NCBI GenBank assembly: GCA_965222225.1
Contig: CBDCTK010000002.1
Span: 2,368,001-2,432,000 of the forward strand
Reading direction: 5' to 3'
Origin: Candidatus Poribacteria bacterium
Lineage (GTDB): Bacteria; Poribacteria; WGA-4E; JAJDTR01
Length of the DNA: 64,000 nt
Shown: positions 61,870 through 64,000 of the stretch, one piece after another
Layout: each line of letters starts with the position of its first letter
Numbering within the stretch: position 1 is the stretch's first letter
Notes under the pieces: model-generated
What the model saw: only the letters and a program-made list of their open reading frames with translations
Database searches by the model: none
Told to the model about the DNA's origin: nothing
Program-made: the position numbers and the translations under genes

Positions 61870-61984
61870 TTCCTACGTCTATTTTTCTGCCATCGGACAA
61901 TTAGGGAACGCAGATCTGCGTTCCCTACAATCTGAATTGTGCAAATCCTAAATGACCAAAACACCCTAAAAGGGAGATAACGAA

Positions 61985-63274
61985 ATGGCTGATTCCGATG
62001 TCCTCGCCGAGCGAGCCGCTTGTTACCATGATCAGGTTATGGACGTTGCCTGCGGTCCGGGTGGGATACTCATCGCCTTCCCGCGTTTCGATACGCGCAA
62101 GCCGTTCCACGAAGGCGTGACATACCCGGGGCACTGGAACGTGGCGGAAACCATCAAGGGCGCCTGGAGCGCTTACGGACCGAAACCCACCGTCGCCGAA
62201 TTCCTCTACGGCGAGAACACGCTGTGGGCAACCGGCTGGTTCCTGTGGTCGCAGATTTTACGCCACCGCGCAACTGGGCAGCCGGAAGCCCTCGAGACAG
62301 CGCGCAAATGTTTTCGGGATCTGAACTACCTCTTTAAACTATGCGGAGAGTTGGAACCCGGCTTGCTGGGCAAACCGCACGGAGGCCGCGCAGGACCCAA
62401 CACCAGCTTTGACCAATCGGCGTGCCCGGTCGCCTTCTACGCCACCTACGCCCAAGAACTGGCGACACCGGAGGAAAAGGCACAAGCCACCGAAAACTTG
62501 CGGGCGCACGGACATTACTATCTGCGCCGCAACTGGGTGATGAACCTTTTCGGCATTTTGCACCGGATTGTCGAGCCGGTGGCGACGGTGAGTGTCATGA
62601 AATATCTGGCGTGCATGTACGCGGCTTACGAACTCACGGGCGAGACCGAATTTCGGGACGAGGTTTTCAAGCACCTCCGCGAGATTATCCCGATGCTGCC
62701 CTTTCCCACCAACCCGTATCCCACATGCCACAACCTCTATTATTGGGCACTGCTGTGTGATTTCTGGAGCCGCACGGAGATAGGCGACGAGGCTGACTGG
62801 ATTGGTTACATCGGAGAATACTGGAAGGCTGCCCGCACCGCGCGGGACAGCGAGGGGCTAAGCCTCGCCGGTTACTACGACACGGAGGATGGTTCTTTTA
62901 CACCCTATCCCGACCAATGGCTGACGCACGAAGATTCCAAGTCCAACGCGCCGTGGGGCGGTAAGTGGGGCCACGCCCCGGAGAAAGAGGGCGTAAGAAC
63001 GTGGGTATCATCCACCAACATGAACAATCGGGCGCTTTGTTCGGCGATGTTCGCCGCGCTCGGTCTTCTCGCGCGTTCGCACGGCTTTGACGACAATGCG
63101 CACGAACTCGCCCGCCAAACCCTGCTGCGTATGGATGCCGACTCGCTGCGCTGGTGGTGGGATGACGGGAACCTGCCCGACGAACTGAAGGGGCTCCACA
63201 ATATCTTCGCCCCCGAGGTCGCCGGTGTGTGGCAGGTTGCCTACTGGATGGGGGTGTCGCAGGGCGTATGGTAG
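61985..63274 (+). CDS. Hypothetical protein (possibly alpha/alpha-barrel glycan enzyme)
   Basis: 429-aa ORF with host-like codon usage, GGAG SD, aromatic-rich helical pattern; in a glycan cluster. Confidence 0.6.
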   Translation: MADSDVLAERAACYHDQVMDVACGPGGILIAFPRFDTRKPFHEGVTYPGHWNVAETIKGAWSAYGPKPTVAEFLYGENTLWATGWFLWSQILRHRATGQPEALETARKCFRDLNYLFKLCGELEPGLLGKPHGGRAGPNTSFDQSACPVAFYATYAQELATPEEKAQATENLRAHGHYYLRRNWVMNLFGILHRIVEPVATVSVMKYLACMYAAYELTGETEFRDEVFKHLREIIPMLPFPTNPYPTCHNLYYWALLCDFWSRTEIGDEADWIGYIGEYWKAARTARDSEGLSLAGYYDTEDGSFTPYPDQWLTHEDSKSNAPWGGKWGHAPEKEGVRTWVSSTNMNNRALCSAMFAALGLLARSHGFDDNAHELARQTLLRMDADSLRWWWDDGNLPDELKGLHNIFAPEVAGVWQVAYWMGVSQGVW

Positions 63275-63502
63275 CCTCAGCCAATCAGCAGAGTTACCCA
63301 CGAAGGGGAAAGAAAGGGTTGCGAGGAAAACGTATGAACCACGCGCCTTTTCAGGTGTTGGTCTGCCCTATAGAATCACGCCGGATAATGCGGTTCTTTA
63401 CGCGCTTTTTATAGTAAAACCAATTTGTTATGTATACACTGCGGTAGGTTCGGTTTCCTAACCGAACTGGTGTTTATTCAGTCTCGTAGGTGCGGTTGGA
63501 AA

Positions 63503-63556
63503 GGGATTTCTATCGCGCGGGATTAGCTATCGCCTTCGCTAATCGCTCAGTTGATC
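63503..63556 (-). repeat. GATCAA element supplying the stop codon of the last gene
   Basis: Copy 63519-63556 (-) plus a tail. Confidence 0.85.
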
Positions 63557-64000
63557 CCCTGTTTCACGCGTGCCCACGTCGTGACCGCCTTGCCATGCGG
63601 TTGAACCGTTAGGCTAGTGCAATAGATGCCGTTCTCCACGGTTCCCGCGTATAGTATGGAATCGTACGATAGGAGGGTATTAACCGAAAGCCCTCCTAAG
63701 CCGGCGGACGACCATGTTTCCGTGTCGAGATCAAAGTGACAAACGCCATGCTCCCGCAACCCAGCAAAGAGGCGACCTTCAACAACAGCCACGCTGTATA
63801 TCCAGCTGAGCGTTGGAAGCCCTTCCATTGGATACTCCCACGCTCGTGTTTTCTCGTTCCATCGTCCAATGCCCTGTTGCCCAGCGACGTACAACCGATT
63901 ATAAAGGACAGTCCAGTCAGTGACACGGGCAGCAGGCTCGAAGGTAGGTAGCCTTTCCCAGGTTCGTCCGTTGTCAGGTGAACGAGCCATCCAATACGAC
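63547..64000 (-). CDS. 3' part of a beta-propeller (BNR-like) protein, runs off the window
   Basis: RSPDNGRTW Asp-box; LYVAG/LFAG/LYAGT blades; C-terminal VQPHGKAVTTWARVK. Confidence 0.8.
   Translation of the reverse strand, partial: SYWMARSPDNGRTWERLPTFEPAARVTDWTVLYNRLYVAGQQGIGRWNEKTRAWEYPMEGLPTLSWIYSVAVVEGRLFAGLREHGVCHFDLDTETWSSAGLGGLSVNTLLSYDSILYAGTVENGIYCTSLTVQPHGKAVTTWARVKQGIN

Noticed and set aside
3696-63556. DGR-like adenine mutagenesis as the source of micro-element variability
   Set aside because: Many A and T positions are invariant, the variable sites are compensatory pairs, and there is no RT gene in the window.
1-64000. tRNA, rRNA or known riboswitches
   Set aside because: None recognised by eye; no covariance search was possible.

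Overview
Bacterial genomic window, most likely Candidatus Poribacteria. This assignment is inferred from the repeated C-terminal 'V.P..KL.TTW..LK' motif, LamG/C-type lectin/LRR proteins, PhyH, sulfatase and dense GTAG-type REP-like repeats. Gene content: a partner-switching operon (RsbW/RsbV/GAF-PP2C); a dispersed Ssp-like DNA-phosphorothioation locus (DUF4007, large P-loop ATPase, PAPS reductase) followed by a GIY-YIG nuclease and a DGQHR/DndB-like protein instead of SspE; two inverted 1249-bp IS1595-family copies; a 306-bp MITE; an XRE-ImmA/MazF/ADP-ribosylglycohydrolase cluster; an ECF sigma-TM-C-type-lectin fusion; many catabolic and glycan enzymes; and several pseudogenes. The most striking unexplained signal is a ~36-38-nt element, GATCAA-XX-GA-YY-GRAYA-RZ-GA-WW-GCGATAG-N3/4-TCYY, with about 25 complete and many partial copies. 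Its variable positions covary as base pairs in a hairpin with tandem G.A mismatches. It inserts in both orientations into REP palindromes, gene ends and itself (up to three nested levels), replacing a GN dinucleotide and leaving no target duplication. All calls were made by eye; no searches were run.
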